A stretch of 63,935 nt of DNA, the filler included, from Myxococcota bacterium (lineage in GTDB: Bacteria; Myxococcota_C; UBA6777): the NCBI GenBank assembly GCA_023150835.1. It is 3 parts of 3 records of this genome, joined end to end, with 100 filler letters (N's around TTAATTAATTAA, not from the genome) between each part and the next. Parts side by side here need not be neighbours in the genome. Positions count along the whole stretch, not along the records: positions 25,473 to 50,785 come from JAKLKB010000102.1; 2 more parts are not named here. One strand, given 5' to 3'. Of this stretch, positions 38,001-46,650 are shown one piece after another (the first letter of the stretch is position 1; the number at the start of each line of letters is the position of its first letter). The notes under the pieces are model-generated. The model had not been told where the DNA came from, ran no database searches, and saw only the letters and a list, made by a program, of their open reading frames with translations. The position numbers and the translations under genes are program-made.

Positions 38001-39800
38001 AAAAGCCCGCAACAACGCCTCTTGATCGTTGTACCCACCCACTCGCGCAGCGATCCCCACCACCGCAACAGCCTGCTCTTTCGCCGACGCAACGGAAACC
38101 TTGGTATCCGCCGACACAACCGTCTGTTTGGTTGTAGGGATGGTGGAGTGGTACGCTGGATCGTACGCTTCGACGAGCAGATGGGCATTGATGCCACCAA
38201 AGCCAAAGGCGCTTACGGCGGCTCTGCGTGGATGTGGGTGCAAGGCTTCCCACGGCTGCGGCTTCGTCAAGACACGAAACGGGCTGTCTTGAAGGTTGAT
38301 CTTGTCCGAAGGTCGTTGGAATTGCGCTGTAGGCGGAAGTGTTTGGTGCTTCAAAGCCAACAGAACTTTAAGCAAGCCAGCGCCGCCTGCCGCCGTCAAG
38401 AGATGGCCGATATTGGACTTGGCCGAACCAAGGACGCATGGAACGAGGCGATCGCGATCCTTCCACAAGCTGCGCAAGCTCTCGAACTCGACAGCATCGC
38501 CGACAGGCGTCCCCGTCGCATGGCACTCGATCAGATCAACGCTTTGCGGCTCCCATCCTGCGGCGCGATACGCTGCACGCATCGCCCGAAGCTGCCCCTC
38601 GCTATCAGGAGCCAACAACCGCCCGCCGATATCGTTGGAAAGGCCGACGCCACGCAACACACCGTAGATGTGCTGTCCATCGCGCAGCGCGTCCTCTAGG
38701 CGGCGCAACACAAACAACGCTGCCCCTTCCCCCACCAAAAGGCCGTCAGCATGTGCATCAAAAGGCGTACACGCTCCCTTGGAAGACAAGGCATGAAGCT
38801 GCGAAAAGCCCATCTGTGTGTAAAGATGATCAGGACGAGAAAGCCCTCCCACCAACGCAGCGTCACAACGCCCCGATTGAAGGCCATCACAAGCAAGCTT
38901 GATCGCATACAACGAAGAAGCACAAGCCGCGTCCAATGTGTACGTGCTTCCCTGCAAATCAAAAGCTTGCGCGATCAGCGCCGCAGGAAGGGCAGCGATG
39001 CCTCGCGCTGTCAACGCAGGATCAGAGGCCACACCGTGCGCTGTTGAAGTCGCAGCGGAGGCCACACCATGCGCCCTCGAAGCAGGCTCAAAAGTCACAT
39101 CCTGCGCCGTTGAGGTCGCAGCGGAGGCCGCACCATGCGCCCTCGAAGCAGGCTCAGAGGTCACATCATGCGCCGTTGAGGTCGCAGCGGAGGCCACACC
39201 ACGCGCCATCAAGGTTGGATCAATGCCCAAGCCTTGTTTGCCTTGCTGTTCTCCTAAAGCGGTGATTGGGGACTGGCAGACTGCACGCCAGATCGAGGCA
39301 AGGCGGCGCTGTTGTGCTTCGTCTTGCGTCACCGCTCTCGCCACAGGTTCGGCCAACGCACCCAACAGCAAAGACTGTGTGATGGCTGCGTTTCGCTCGG
39401 TCGGTAAGGCGATATGTCCGAGGATTACGTCCGTTCGTTGGCGAAGACAGGTCGCCATCGCCGCATCTTCTAAAGCCATCCTCGCCACAGCAAGCGCGAG
39501 CCGTAGACTTTCATCCAGCCCTTCGAGCAAAGACGACGGCAGCGCAAGCCGATCCGCCTCTAGCCTTGGTGGAGTGGTGATGAAACAGCCAGTACGCGCC
39601 AGTACCCGATCCGCTTGGGGTGTGTCGGGCGCATACAAGGCATCGACAGGCGCGCTCCACCGTCCGAGCGGAGGTAAGCGATGCGAGGCGTGGCCGCATA
39701 AGAGATTTTCCCAAAAGTCTTCGGGGGTCGGAGCATCAGGGAGGCACGCGCCGATCCCAACGATCGCGATGGTAGGCAGAACAGACGGAGCAACGGTCAA
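32022..39800 (-). CDS. PUFA synthase PfaBC/Pfa3-like subunit (KS-CLF-AT-FabA-type DH domains)
   Basis: KS DAACASSL/HATGT/GHLL; second KS lacks the catalytic Cys (ANEEGSG, CLF); AT GYSLGE; DH HFVDDMVMPG and HFYQDPVWPG. Confidence 0.92.
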   Translation of the reverse strand: MTVAPSVLPTIAIVGIGACLPDAPTPEDFWENLLCGHASHRLPPLGRWSAPVDALYAPDTPQADRVLARTGCFITTPPRLEADRLALPSSLLEGLDESLRLALAVARMALEDAAMATCLRQRTDVILGHIALPTERNAAITQSLLLGALAEPVARAVTQDEAQQRRLASIWRAVCQSPITALGEQQGKQGLGIDPTLMARGVASAATSTAHDVTSEPASRAHGAASAATSTAQDVTFEPASRAHGVASAATSTAHGVASDPALTARGIAALPAALIAQAFDLQGSTYTLDAACASSLYAIKLACDGLQSGRCDAALVGGLSRPDHLYTQMGFSQLHALSSKGACTPFDAHADGLLVGEGAALFVLRRLEDALRDGQHIYGVLRGVGLSNDIGGRLLAPDSEGQLRAMRAAYRAAGWEPQSVDLIECHATGTPVGDAVEFESLRSLWKDRDRLVPCVLGSAKSNIGHLLTAAGGAGLLKVLLALKHQTLPPTAQFQRPSDKINLQDSPFRVLTKPQPWEALHPHPRRAAVSAFGFGGINAHLLVEAYDPAYHSTIPTTKQTVVSADTKVSVASAKEQAVAVVGIAARVGGYNDQEALLRAFLGEQMDLPRKEAAWWGIGQTEAWTAWQGASPLPRQGLFCETVDLPAGRFRIPPREMAELLPQQLWTLQVADDALRDAQWGREKGVEVPDAETTGVYVGVGLDLHTTDYHLRWVLPAIVKAWKTAAEIPQEEAETERWIASLCDALTPPLNANRTMGGLASIVASRLAREYRLGGPSFVIANEEGSGLRALEIAVRAIQRGEIKQALVAAVDLTSDLRASLLAHRECPFSSDATPRPFDPDHQGSLPADGAVALVLKPLSDALADGQTIYAVLEGIGCAGGDDLRLESDKRCIAHQEACERSLAAPLREAGVSLSSVECIEYADGTDLLAASSWLRALERAYAAEARHAGGGAALRVDSEAAFEADSKVALRVDSEAAFEADSKVALRVDSEVSLEADSRAAVQVDSEAALAESIEFSAQIAAIRSPQKAVLSATSSVTGWAGAASGLLALARAVWGLHHRVLPALASADRGWEPLAAVGRFVEPLRKPESWVHDRAVGPRRALVAANSRDGKVFHLLLRESPVSPRHELRVAWRPERCAPSMAVFAGDTPHAIAQKLHAFAQQTQHQPERPLQEHIADWQQRDIAQPPPALALSALFSSDTPPTQTLARAQTILEQSRNTTNRPREDIFYTPQPLGKSGEIAFVFPGSGAQFPQMGRLEALYWPEILEQQAKENGFLRAQMFSDRVWRQQTRQDALTCAELIFAQVTLGAMVSDILRHSLGIEPDAAIGYSLGESTALFSLRAWRDRDAMLLRSLRSTLFTTDLAGPCLAARELWGWPAHRELRWKMGLVNRSAASLRASLQETPRVYLLIVNTPDACVIGGEAQAVEEWVRVQRCAFVPIEGVTTVHCEVLEPVASAYRALHLHPVTPPEGVRFYSGNWGRSFALTSEQAADSILANARHGIDFPAVIQQAHREGVRLFIEIGPGDGCSRMIGQILGDEPFFARSACVEDSTPPESIARLRAALTAHRLPHLSDAWAATEKTPVLAHTPRLAVSLAVGTPEAPLIPTFVLSEKTYAVRASSWGSTPDPAIERDSMDLVSAKTAQVFQHNGSVFGDQPLQHQEGTNRMASPLPLSASQPMLGVLLALESAEIQAHAAYLRDAQEALAAYTSVASRLSTREVPQRPTFVQPVVMDRAACLRFATGRIGEVWGEAFASIDAHPTRVRLPDEPLMLVDRVLALEGEPFSLRSGRIVTEHDILPEAWYLDGGRLPTCIAVESGQADLMLSGYLGVDRETGGLAMYRLLDAEITFHSGLPRAGEVIHHDIRIERFFKHDETYLFRFAFDSTVAGQKVLTMRNGCAGFFSARQLEEGKGIVLNEKEWGKGDGRIDPRGVLWSHVLPHPPQDAELAALRQGDLSAALGEAFARLPLRHPLTLPGGRDGRMKLLDRVLSFEPMGGRFGIGCLVAEMDIHPDDWFLTCHFVDDMVMPGTLMYECCLHTMRLYLLSLGWLGEDGVVAWEPVAGVKSQLRCRGQVLQSTRKVRYEIHLKELGYNPAPYAIADALMYADDRPIVLVREMSLQLTGSGYPALWALWQREPARSFSLDLRRAADKTPRVREVSSGSVVVLKDDDLFADTGSKGRSLLAGGGPSPHKTDPSQESCEICVTEDCPHVGFYDVGPLQESCVESRAAFAQTPVLYDAQQILEYAKGKPSLCFGPRYGVFDQERFLARLPSPPYLFMDRVIGVEGTLAEMKAGTRVIAAYDIPPDAWYFGAERQPWMPFAVLLEIALQPCGWMAAFMGSAFASEEALHFRNLGGEATVHRLVTPQTGTLRMEVQCTQVSHSGGMIIQHYAMSVEDRNGPVYTGKTYFGFFSQAALAQQVGMRGTKPLIDPAYDIRAEQRPFPRQAPFPSEMLRMLDEVWLYPPDADPQGKPLLCGIKRVNPADWFFQAHFYQDPVWPGSLGLEAMLQLMKVEAMRRFGGSDGAMVAMPPQTTHRWSYRGQVIPTCERVRVEARITDVDVPNKRLRADGLLHVDGRAIYEIKDFALAWMAKK
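33186..33371 (-). mobile_element. Repeat family B copy inserted in frame in the pfaBC-like CDS (between DH pairs)
   Basis: Minus strand CCCCGTGTTCGTGAGGTTTCAAGCGGTAGCGTCGTTGTTTTGAAAGAC...TTCGCCGATACGGGGTCAAAAGGG...CCCCACAAAACCGA...CTGCGTAACT aligns with 31742-31903. Confidence 0.8.
34841..34962 (+). mobile_element. Repeat family B copy in frame in the pfaBC-like CDS (AT-DH linker), opposite orientation
   Basis: GACAGATCCGTTGTGTTGAAAGACCTG...CTTCGCCGATACGAGGTC...GCGGGGTCTGGGGTGGAACCCCAC...AACTGCGTAAGTCT aligns with 31791-31903. Confidence 0.8.
36769..36950 (-). repeat. 48-bp coding tandem repeat (~4x; ALRVDSEAAFEADSKV)
   Basis: TCGCTGTCCAC recurs at 36781, 36829, 36877 and 36925. Confidence 0.9.
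39024..39206 (-). repeat. 66-bp coding tandem repeat (~3x; ASAATSTAHDVTSEPASRAHGA)
   Basis: GTCGCAGCGGAGGCC recurs at 39049, 39115 and 39181. Confidence 0.9.
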
Positions 39801-42800
39801 GATCGGGACTCCTGCGAAGATCGAAAGGTGTCAACAAGCGATGGATCGGCGATGCTACGAGCCGATTCGACGCACAAGATCAGCGCACCTTCGAGGTCAA
39901 GCACTTCGAGATCCGCCATCAGCACAGGAAGAGAACTTGGTTGCATCCAAACACGCACCTCACAAGGCTGCTCAGGCCGCCACGTCCGAAAGATATCCAT
40001 CCGCGCAAAGCCCGTCGGCAGGCAAGGAAAGCCATGTTGTTGCAACGACCACAAGATGATCATCTGAAAGGCTCCATCGAGCCAGAACGGATCGAGCAAC
40101 CAATCCCGACGCAGCGGCTGTTCCATCCAACTTGCGGGCGGTGTGGCCGCTTTTAAGCGAGCGCGAATCCCCGTTGCATCGCAACCTTCGACAGATTCGA
40201 TGCAATGAAACAGCGGCCCGTGAAACAACCGATCGTACGGAGAAAAAGACAAGGCCCCTTTGGGAAGCGCACGTTGCGATGGCGATGGGATGGGCTGCTG
40301 CGGCCCAAAAAGCAGCCGCGCAGAAGCGTGTGTCAACGTCTTTGCGTGAGACGAACTTTCGCAGACAGCCGCCAATTGGAACCCCTCATCGGTGGAAGCA
40401 AGATCGCGGATCGTACAGCGCAAGGGGACCGCTTCTTGTGTGAGGGTGCAGCCTTTTCGCACCTCCATCCCGTCCATCCGCAACCAACGCAACGAGGCCG
40501 TCGGGTGCTGTTGGGACAAGACTGTGTGCGCTGCCACCGCCATCCATTCCACCATGATCGCCGCAGGAAGCACCCCAACCCCGCGCATCTGGTGATCCCG
40601 CAAAAACAGATCACGCTGCGTGGTCAACGTGCGTTGCCATCCCACCCACTCGTCCGTGTCGATCCTCCCCAAGATCACGACTTCGATATCTTCTTGCGGG
40701 GTTCGCCTTGATGGCGTAAGGGATCGACCCGACGGCTGGTCCGATGCGGTCGATGCGTTCGAGGGCTCAAGCGACGGAACAGCGGTCATCTTGGACGAAA
40801 GCTCTTGCAACATACAGCGTGCGCCCTCTTCCAATCCGATTACACCGACACCTTCGCGTGCGAATATCTGCTTGAGTGCGGGTGTCACCATGCCGCCATC
40901 CCAAGGCCCCCAATTCATCGAACGCACCACACAGTTGGGCAGGCGTCGATGCAGGCGTTGTGCGATCTTGTTGAGGGCCTCGTTTGCCATCGCATAATCC
41001 GCTTGGCCGATCCGCCCAAAGCGCGCCGTACTCGACGAAAAAAGCACAACACAACGCAACGCCGATTCATCCACCGCCCCAAGCAGCCCCAAAAAGCCTT
41101 GCACCTTGGTGGCGTAGACTTTTTCTGCATCCGCAAGCCGCTTTTCGGCGATCAGTCGATCCGCCAAGATCCCCGCACCATGGATGATCCCGCGCACAGG
41201 GCCTTCTTCGACTTGCACAGATCCCAACAAAGCCCGAACTGCCGATGAATCAGCGATATCAAGGCTGCGGTACAACACCTTTGCCCCGAAGCGTCGCAAA
41301 GCGGCGAGAGTGCGATGCACTTCGCGACCGCGCAAGATATCTTCGCATCGTCGTTGGATATCACGGGGGCTGGGCTTGCCTTGTGTGTGTTCAAGCAAAG
41401 CTTTTTTGATCGAGGCCTCCTCATCGAGTCCTCGTAACCACGCCGCTTCGGGTTCTGGCAACGGTGAGCGCCCCAACAAAAGCAGCGTCGGTTGACAGGC
41501 TTGCGCAAGCGCCTGCGCCACCGTCGCTGTCACGCCACGCGCCCCCCCTGTGACAATCACCAGATCGCCCCGCTGGATCGGCAAACTTCCAACGATATCC
41601 GCTTCGGTCAACGTAGCTGACTGCTTCAAGGACGGAAAAGATATCGGAGAAAGGACGGACGGCTGCAAAGAAAGCATCCGCCATCCGCCAGTCGCTCCAG
41701 CGATCTCGACAGGTCCGATCGCACAAAGCGCCGCCCAGACATCTTGGATAGCCGTTTCTGCGTCGAGATCTGGCGCGATATCCAAGGCGCGACAGTGGAC
41801 TTGCGGCCATTCACGCGCTGCTGTCTTGGTCAATCCCGCCAACGCACCGCTATCCACAGCGATCGGCGGCTCAAGCCGCCCCTGACCCAAACCAAAAGCG
41901 CCGTCCAAACGAGAGATCGTTGCGAACAACGAACCGCCTTGCATCGCGCTCGATTGGAGGGCTTTTGCTGCCGACTTGGCAACGGCCAAAGCCCCGAAGC
42001 TATCGGGAACTTCTCGAAATGGGGCCACCAAGATCACGCCACGCAGCACCGCTTGGGCCTCCAAGACCTCGGGAAGCTGCGACACGGAAAGCACTTGCGG
42101 AAAAAAGCCTTGCGCTTGTGCGAAAGCAGCGATCTTTTCGGCGAGACCGAAAGCGTCCGAGGTGAGATACAACGGCCCCTGTTTGGCAAGCGAAACAGAA
42201 GTGGTAGCCGAAAGAGAGAATGGATCCGTTTGAAGAGTCAGGCGCTGAAGCTGTGCGGGCCAACGCGTCAGATCAGCGCCGAAGGAAGGGTCCGCAGGTG
42301 GCCCTCCTTCGTGGGTCGCCATCGTGGGCGGCCCTCCGTTGGTTTGCAGGGTCTCCATCAGCGCCCCAACGATATCACCGAGGGTACGGAGGCTTCCGAG
42401 TGCTTGCGAAGAAAGATGCGGCAACGAGGGTTGGGCTTCTTGGAGAGCCGACAAGATCTCCACGCGCTTGATGCTATCGATGCCCAGATCCGCATCCAAC
42501 TCCATCGACACTTCGAGGATATCCATCGGATAGCCCGTTTTTTCGGCCACCACCCGAAACAACAGCCCTGACAACGCAGACGCATCAGCAGCACTTGATC
42601 CCTTGGGCTGTTCCGATGCGGATCGTGGATGCGCCACAAAAGAAGGCGCGGACAACACAGTCGGCGCAGACGAACGAAGCGAATCGCCATCCGCGTGCGT
42701 GTCTCCGTTGGTGCGGTGACCTGAACCGTTGCCATGAAAAGAGGTTGCAGCAGAAGAGATCGCTGCCGAACTCCCATACACGGGCGGAGCCGAAGGTTGG

Positions 42801-45800
42801 CGCATGACAGCCGAAGGCGCAGCAGCGGAAACAGCGGGCGCGGGCTGACGCGAGACAACAGAAGAGGCCGACGAAAGCGGCACAACGGCGGACGATGCAG
42901 GCGCAAAAGACATCGTGGGTGTCGGCACAAAAGAAGTCCGTGATGTCGGTGCAAAAGAGGCTGCCGATGCAAAAGAGGCTGCCGGTGCGAAAGAGGCTGC
43001 CGGTTCAAAAGAGGCTGCCGGTGTCGGTGCATAAAGGGCGGCAGGAAGAGGCGGTTGAGCGGAGGCAGGCCATGAGATATCCGTGGATTGTGGAGATATC
43101 CCGTGTTGTTGGAGCCACATCTGATAAAAGACCTGACGGGCTTGTTGTTGGCCTTCGAGGAATTGTTGGTGAAGTTGAGCGGTTTGTTGTTGGAGATGCA
43201 AAAGCTGGTAAAGCATCTGCTGGTTTGTGTGCAAAAGATCGTCCGACATGGTGCGGCTTCCCTGTATTGGTGAAGGAAAAACAGAACGAGATCGATGGGG
43301 TTCGATGGGGGGTCGTTGTGTGTTTGCGTTGGGGGATCGCAGGATGCTTGCGTTTGTGGGTGTAGCCTGCATCGCATTTAATGGGATAGGCTTCGTGGTT
43401 GAAGAGGCCGATGGTTTGGAGTCGATGGGTGATGCGCTCGGCATCGTGGAGCGCTGGTTAGAAGAGGCCGATGGTTTGGGGGGATCAGTCTGTAATGCGC
43501 TTGATGGCGTTGTTCGAGAGATCAAAGAGGCCGTGAGCGTAGGCGATTCGAGACGCGCAGGACTCCGAGGGATCGATGAGGTAGGCGAAAGAGGAGTTGG
43601 TGGTGTAGGAGATTCGAGGCGCGCAGGACTCCGAGGGATCGATGAGGTAGGCGAAAGAGGAGTTGGTGGTGTAGGAGATTCGAGGCGCGCAGGGCTCGGA
43701 GGGATCGCACGTTGCGAAGTAAAGACATTGGCACCCGAGATCATCACTTGCATGGTGGGCTTTTTGGAGTGTTCGGCGGGTCGGGTGGTGGCGGTAGTAT
43801 CCCATTCAGCGAGGCGTAGGGGATAACCGTGTGCAGCGAGACGCGCAAGCGTCAACGCCAGATCCCGCAAGCCGTCGCGTTGGCCTTGTGAGGCATCAAG
43901 CGAAAAGGCATCGACGCCTTCTTTCTCTGCGAGGATGGACTCGATCAAACGAGTCATGCGAGACCCCGGTCCAAGCTCCAAGAAGATCTGCGCCCCTGCA
44001 TCGGCCATCGCGGAGATCTGCTCAACAAAACGCACAGGCGAGGCCAGTTGCGCAGCGAGCAAAGACGCCGAGGCTTGAAGCTCGGATGGATAAGGCGCAG
44101 CGGTCTTGTTGGCAAAAACAGGCGTATGGGTGGAAGACCACGCCCGAGAAGAAAGGCACTCCAAAAAAGGAGCTTGGGCGTCGGAAACAAGGGGGCTATG
44201 AAAAGCTGCGGCCACGGGGATACGACGCGTTTGCATCTTGCGGGATTCGAGGCGCGGTTCGGCAGCGGCGATCGCGGCAAAGGTTCCCGAAAGCACCGCT
44301 TGGGTGGGGCTATTTTGGTTGGCGATCACAAGGTCGGGGGCTTCTTCACGCACAAAGGCATCGATCTGCGCGAGCGGAGCTTGGACAGCCAGCATCGTCC
44401 CGCGATCTCCGCCTTGGGCCATCAATTGGCCACGTTTGTGCGAGATCGCAAACAAGGTTTCTTCGTCGTAGGCTCCCGCCAAATGCAGCGCAACAAGTTC
44501 TCCGTAGCTATGTCCCGCCAGCAGATCGGCTTGCACACCAAAACGCGCCAAGGTACGCGCAGCAGCCAAACTCACCGCACCAAGCGCAGGTTGCGCTACA
44601 TCGGTAGAACGCAAGGCATCGTCTTGAGAGAGCCGTTCGGCTTCATCCCACGCAGGGATCGGATAGATCAAGCGATCGAGCGGTGTGGTATGCGTCGAGT
44701 GTCTGCGCCAAGCTTGTTGTGCGCGTTCTAAAACACCAAAGGATTCAGGGAAATGGCACACAAGATCGCGCAACATACCTGTGTATTGGCATCCTTGCCC
44801 GGGTACGATCACAGCCAGTTTTCCGCTTCTTGGCCCGCGACCATACGAGATGCCTTCGGGAGTCGTCCAAACGCCCGCTTTCTCGGGAGAGATGGCGGCT
44901 TGTTTTTCAAAACGATCCATCGCTTGCAACGCTGCATCGCGCAAAGCCCCCCAACGTTCGGGCGGAGTGTGAGATTCGCAGGCCCACAACAACCGATGCG
45001 GCGCATCCGAACGAAACGCAGCACGTTGTTGGATGGCTTGGGCGCAAAGCTGCGACCATCCTTGAGGGATCTCCCAAGAGGACAAGGCTTTTTCGATCTG
45101 TGCAGGGGTGTCCGCACAAAAGGCAAGGATCTGAACACGCCCATCCCAATCAGGCGATGTCGGAAGATGAGGATCAGCTTCTTCAAGGACGCAATGAAAG
45201 TTCGAGCCGCCAAAACCCAACGCGCTCAACGCCGCACGACGGGGAGAATCGGACGAAGACAGCCACGGTCTCAGTCGATTGTTCAGATAGAGGGGGGTGC
45301 GTTCTTGTCGCAAGATCGGCAAAGGCTTACGCGCTTTGATCGAAGGCGGAAGAACCTTGCGATGCAAGGCCAAGGCGATCTTGATCAATCCGGCCACCCC
45401 TGCGGCTGCTTTGGTATGTCCGATCTGCGACTTGACCGATCCGAGCGCGCACCACGGCGGCTGCTCGGGTTCGGCTTGGCCAAAAACTTCGACCAGCGCT
45501 TTGATCTCCGTCGCATCGCCGACTTTGGTTCCTGTGCCGTGAGCCTCGACAAGCTCGATGCTTCGGGCATCTACGCCTGCCCGTTCGTAGGCACGACGCA
45601 GAGCCTTGGCTTGGCCTGTGTCGCTTGGGGCGTAGATGGCACGCCCGCGCCCGTCACTCGAAGAGCCGATGCCTTTGATCACGGCATAAACGCGATCTCC
45701 ATCGCGTCGCGCATCCGCAAGGCGCTTGATCGCAACCATCCCCACGCCTTCGCCGAGGATGGTTCCGTCGCCTTCGGCATCAAAAGGCCGAGCGTCTCCT

Positions 45801-46585
45801 GTGGGCGAAAGTGCGGGTGTTTTGCTAAAGCACATATACATAAAGATATCGTTGAAGGTGTCTACACCGCCCGAAAGAACGAGGTCGGCATGGCCTGCTT
45901 GAAGTTCCAAACACGCAAGATGCAGCGCACTCAGCGAACTCGCACACGCCGCATCCACCACGCAATTGGTCCCACCGAGATCGAGGCGATTGGCGACTCG
46001 GCCTGCCACCACATTCCCAAGCAACCCGGGAAAAGAAGCCTCGCTCCAAGGCGGATAGGAGGCGCTGATCCGTTCGACGACTTCTTTTGCGATATCTTCG
46101 GGGATTCCTGAATCTTCGAGAGCTTTGCGCCAACGTGGATGCCCAAGGCGTGCGCCCAACGGGATCACCAATTCCAAAGCCCCCGTCACTCCGAGGATCA
46201 CACTTACGCGATCCCGATCCACCAAGCCTTCTTGATCATACCCAGCATCACGCAACGCATCTTGGGCTGCAACCATCGCCAAAAGCTGCGATGTATCGGT
46301 TGCTTCGAGCGCGTTGGGGGTGATGCCATAGGCCAACGGATCGAACGCAAACGGCCTCAAAAATCCGCCACGTTTGGCGTAGGTGTGATCGGGTCTTTTG
46401 GGATCTGCATCAAAATAATCGCTGATCCGCCAGTGGGTCGGCGGGATCTCTGTGATGGCGTCTTGGCCGGTCTTGAGCATGGCCCAATAGGCGCGAACCT
46501 CTTCAGCCTGTGGAAAAAGGCCACCGATACCGACGATCGCGATAGGTTCAAAGGATGACTTGAACGACTGCAACTCACTCTCCAC
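39797..46585 (-). CDS. pfaA: PUFA synthase PfaA/Pfa2-like subunit (KS-MAT-ACP-KR-DH)
   Basis: KS DAACASSL/HGTGT/GHTK; MAT GHSYG; one ACP LGIDSIKRVEIL; KR TGGARGVT...YAMAN; C-terminal PKS-type DH. Start GTG 46585 or TTG 46573. Confidence 0.92.
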   Translation of the reverse strand: MESELQSFKSSFEPIAIVGIGGLFPQAEEVRAYWAMLKTGQDAITEIPPTHWRISDYFDADPKRPDHTYAKRGGFLRPFAFDPLAYGITPNALEATDTSQLLAMVAAQDALRDAGYDQEGLVDRDRVSVILGVTGALELVIPLGARLGHPRWRKALEDSGIPEDIAKEVVERISASYPPWSEASFPGLLGNVVAGRVANRLDLGGTNCVVDAACASSLSALHLACLELQAGHADLVLSGGVDTFNDIFMYMCFSKTPALSPTGDARPFDAEGDGTILGEGVGMVAIKRLADARRDGDRVYAVIKGIGSSSDGRGRAIYAPSDTGQAKALRRAYERAGVDARSIELVEAHGTGTKVGDATEIKALVEVFGQAEPEQPPWCALGSVKSQIGHTKAAAGVAGLIKIALALHRKVLPPSIKARKPLPILRQERTPLYLNNRLRPWLSSSDSPRRAALSALGFGGSNFHCVLEEADPHLPTSPDWDGRVQILAFCADTPAQIEKALSSWEIPQGWSQLCAQAIQQRAAFRSDAPHRLLWACESHTPPERWGALRDAALQAMDRFEKQAAISPEKAGVWTTPEGISYGRGPRSGKLAVIVPGQGCQYTGMLRDLVCHFPESFGVLERAQQAWRRHSTHTTPLDRLIYPIPAWDEAERLSQDDALRSTDVAQPALGAVSLAAARTLARFGVQADLLAGHSYGELVALHLAGAYDEETLFAISHKRGQLMAQGGDRGTMLAVQAPLAQIDAFVREEAPDLVIANQNSPTQAVLSGTFAAIAAAEPRLESRKMQTRRIPVAAAFHSPLVSDAQAPFLECLSSRAWSSTHTPVFANKTAAPYPSELQASASLLAAQLASPVRFVEQISAMADAGAQIFLELGPGSRMTRLIESILAEKEGVDAFSLDASQGQRDGLRDLALTLARLAAHGYPLRLAEWDTTATTRPAEHSKKPTMQVMISGANVFTSQRAIPPSPARLESPTPPTPLSPTSSIPRSPARLESPTPPTPLSPTSSIPRSPARLESPTLTASLISRTTPSSALQTDPPKPSASSNQRSTMPSASPIDSKPSASSTTKPIPLNAMQATPTNASILRSPNANTQRPPIEPHRSRSVFPSPIQGSRTMSDDLLHTNQQMLYQLLHLQQQTAQLHQQFLEGQQQARQVFYQMWLQQHGISPQSTDISWPASAQPPLPAALYAPTPAASFEPAASFAPAASFASAASFAPTSRTSFVPTPTMSFAPASSAVVPLSSASSVVSRQPAPAVSAAAPSAVMRQPSAPPVYGSSAAISSAATSFHGNGSGHRTNGDTHADGDSLRSSAPTVLSAPSFVAHPRSASEQPKGSSAADASALSGLLFRVVAEKTGYPMDILEVSMELDADLGIDSIKRVEILSALQEAQPSLPHLSSQALGSLRTLGDIVGALMETLQTNGGPPTMATHEGGPPADPSFGADLTRWPAQLQRLTLQTDPFSLSATTSVSLAKQGPLYLTSDAFGLAEKIAAFAQAQGFFPQVLSVSQLPEVLEAQAVLRGVILVAPFREVPDSFGALAVAKSAAKALQSSAMQGGSLFATISRLDGAFGLGQGRLEPPIAVDSGALAGLTKTAAREWPQVHCRALDIAPDLDAETAIQDVWAALCAIGPVEIAGATGGWRMLSLQPSVLSPISFPSLKQSATLTEADIVGSLPIQRGDLVIVTGGARGVTATVAQALAQACQPTLLLLGRSPLPEPEAAWLRGLDEEASIKKALLEHTQGKPSPRDIQRRCEDILRGREVHRTLAALRRFGAKVLYRSLDIADSSAVRALLGSVQVEEGPVRGIIHGAGILADRLIAEKRLADAEKVYATKVQGFLGLLGAVDESALRCVVLFSSSTARFGRIGQADYAMANEALNKIAQRLHRRLPNCVVRSMNWGPWDGGMVTPALKQIFAREGVGVIGLEEGARCMLQELSSKMTAVPSLEPSNASTASDQPSGRSLTPSRRTPQEDIEVVILGRIDTDEWVGWQRTLTTQRDLFLRDHQMRGVGVLPAAIMVEWMAVAAHTVLSQQHPTASLRWLRMDGMEVRKGCTLTQEAVPLRCTIRDLASTDEGFQLAAVCESSSHAKTLTHASARLLFGPQQPIPSPSQRALPKGALSFSPYDRLFHGPLFHCIESVEGCDATGIRARLKAATPPASWMEQPLRRDWLLDPFWLDGAFQMIILWSLQQHGFPCLPTGFARMDIFRTWRPEQPCEVRVWMQPSSLPVLMADLEVLDLEGALILCVESARSIADPSLVDTFRSSQESRS
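43539..43705 (-). repeat. 66-bp coding tandem repeat in the MAT-ACP linker
   Basis: IPRSPARLESPTPPTPLSPTSS ~2.5x; nearby 18-bp ASFxPA repeats at 42955-43020. Confidence 0.88.
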
Positions 46586-46650
46586 ACATCGAAAGCATCC
46601 AACAGCAAACACACCGAACTCGACACAAAGCCCCAAACCAGCAGCGCGCT

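Noticed and set aside
40690-40790. Possible family-B remnant in the pfaA KR-DH linker
   Set aside because: Only a short GTTCG...TCAAGCGAC resemblance; too weak to call
36624-46111. Long plus-strand ORFs opposite the pfa genes (e.g. 36624-38699, 44753-46111)
   Set aside because: Antisense shadows of GC-biased coding sequence with no motifs
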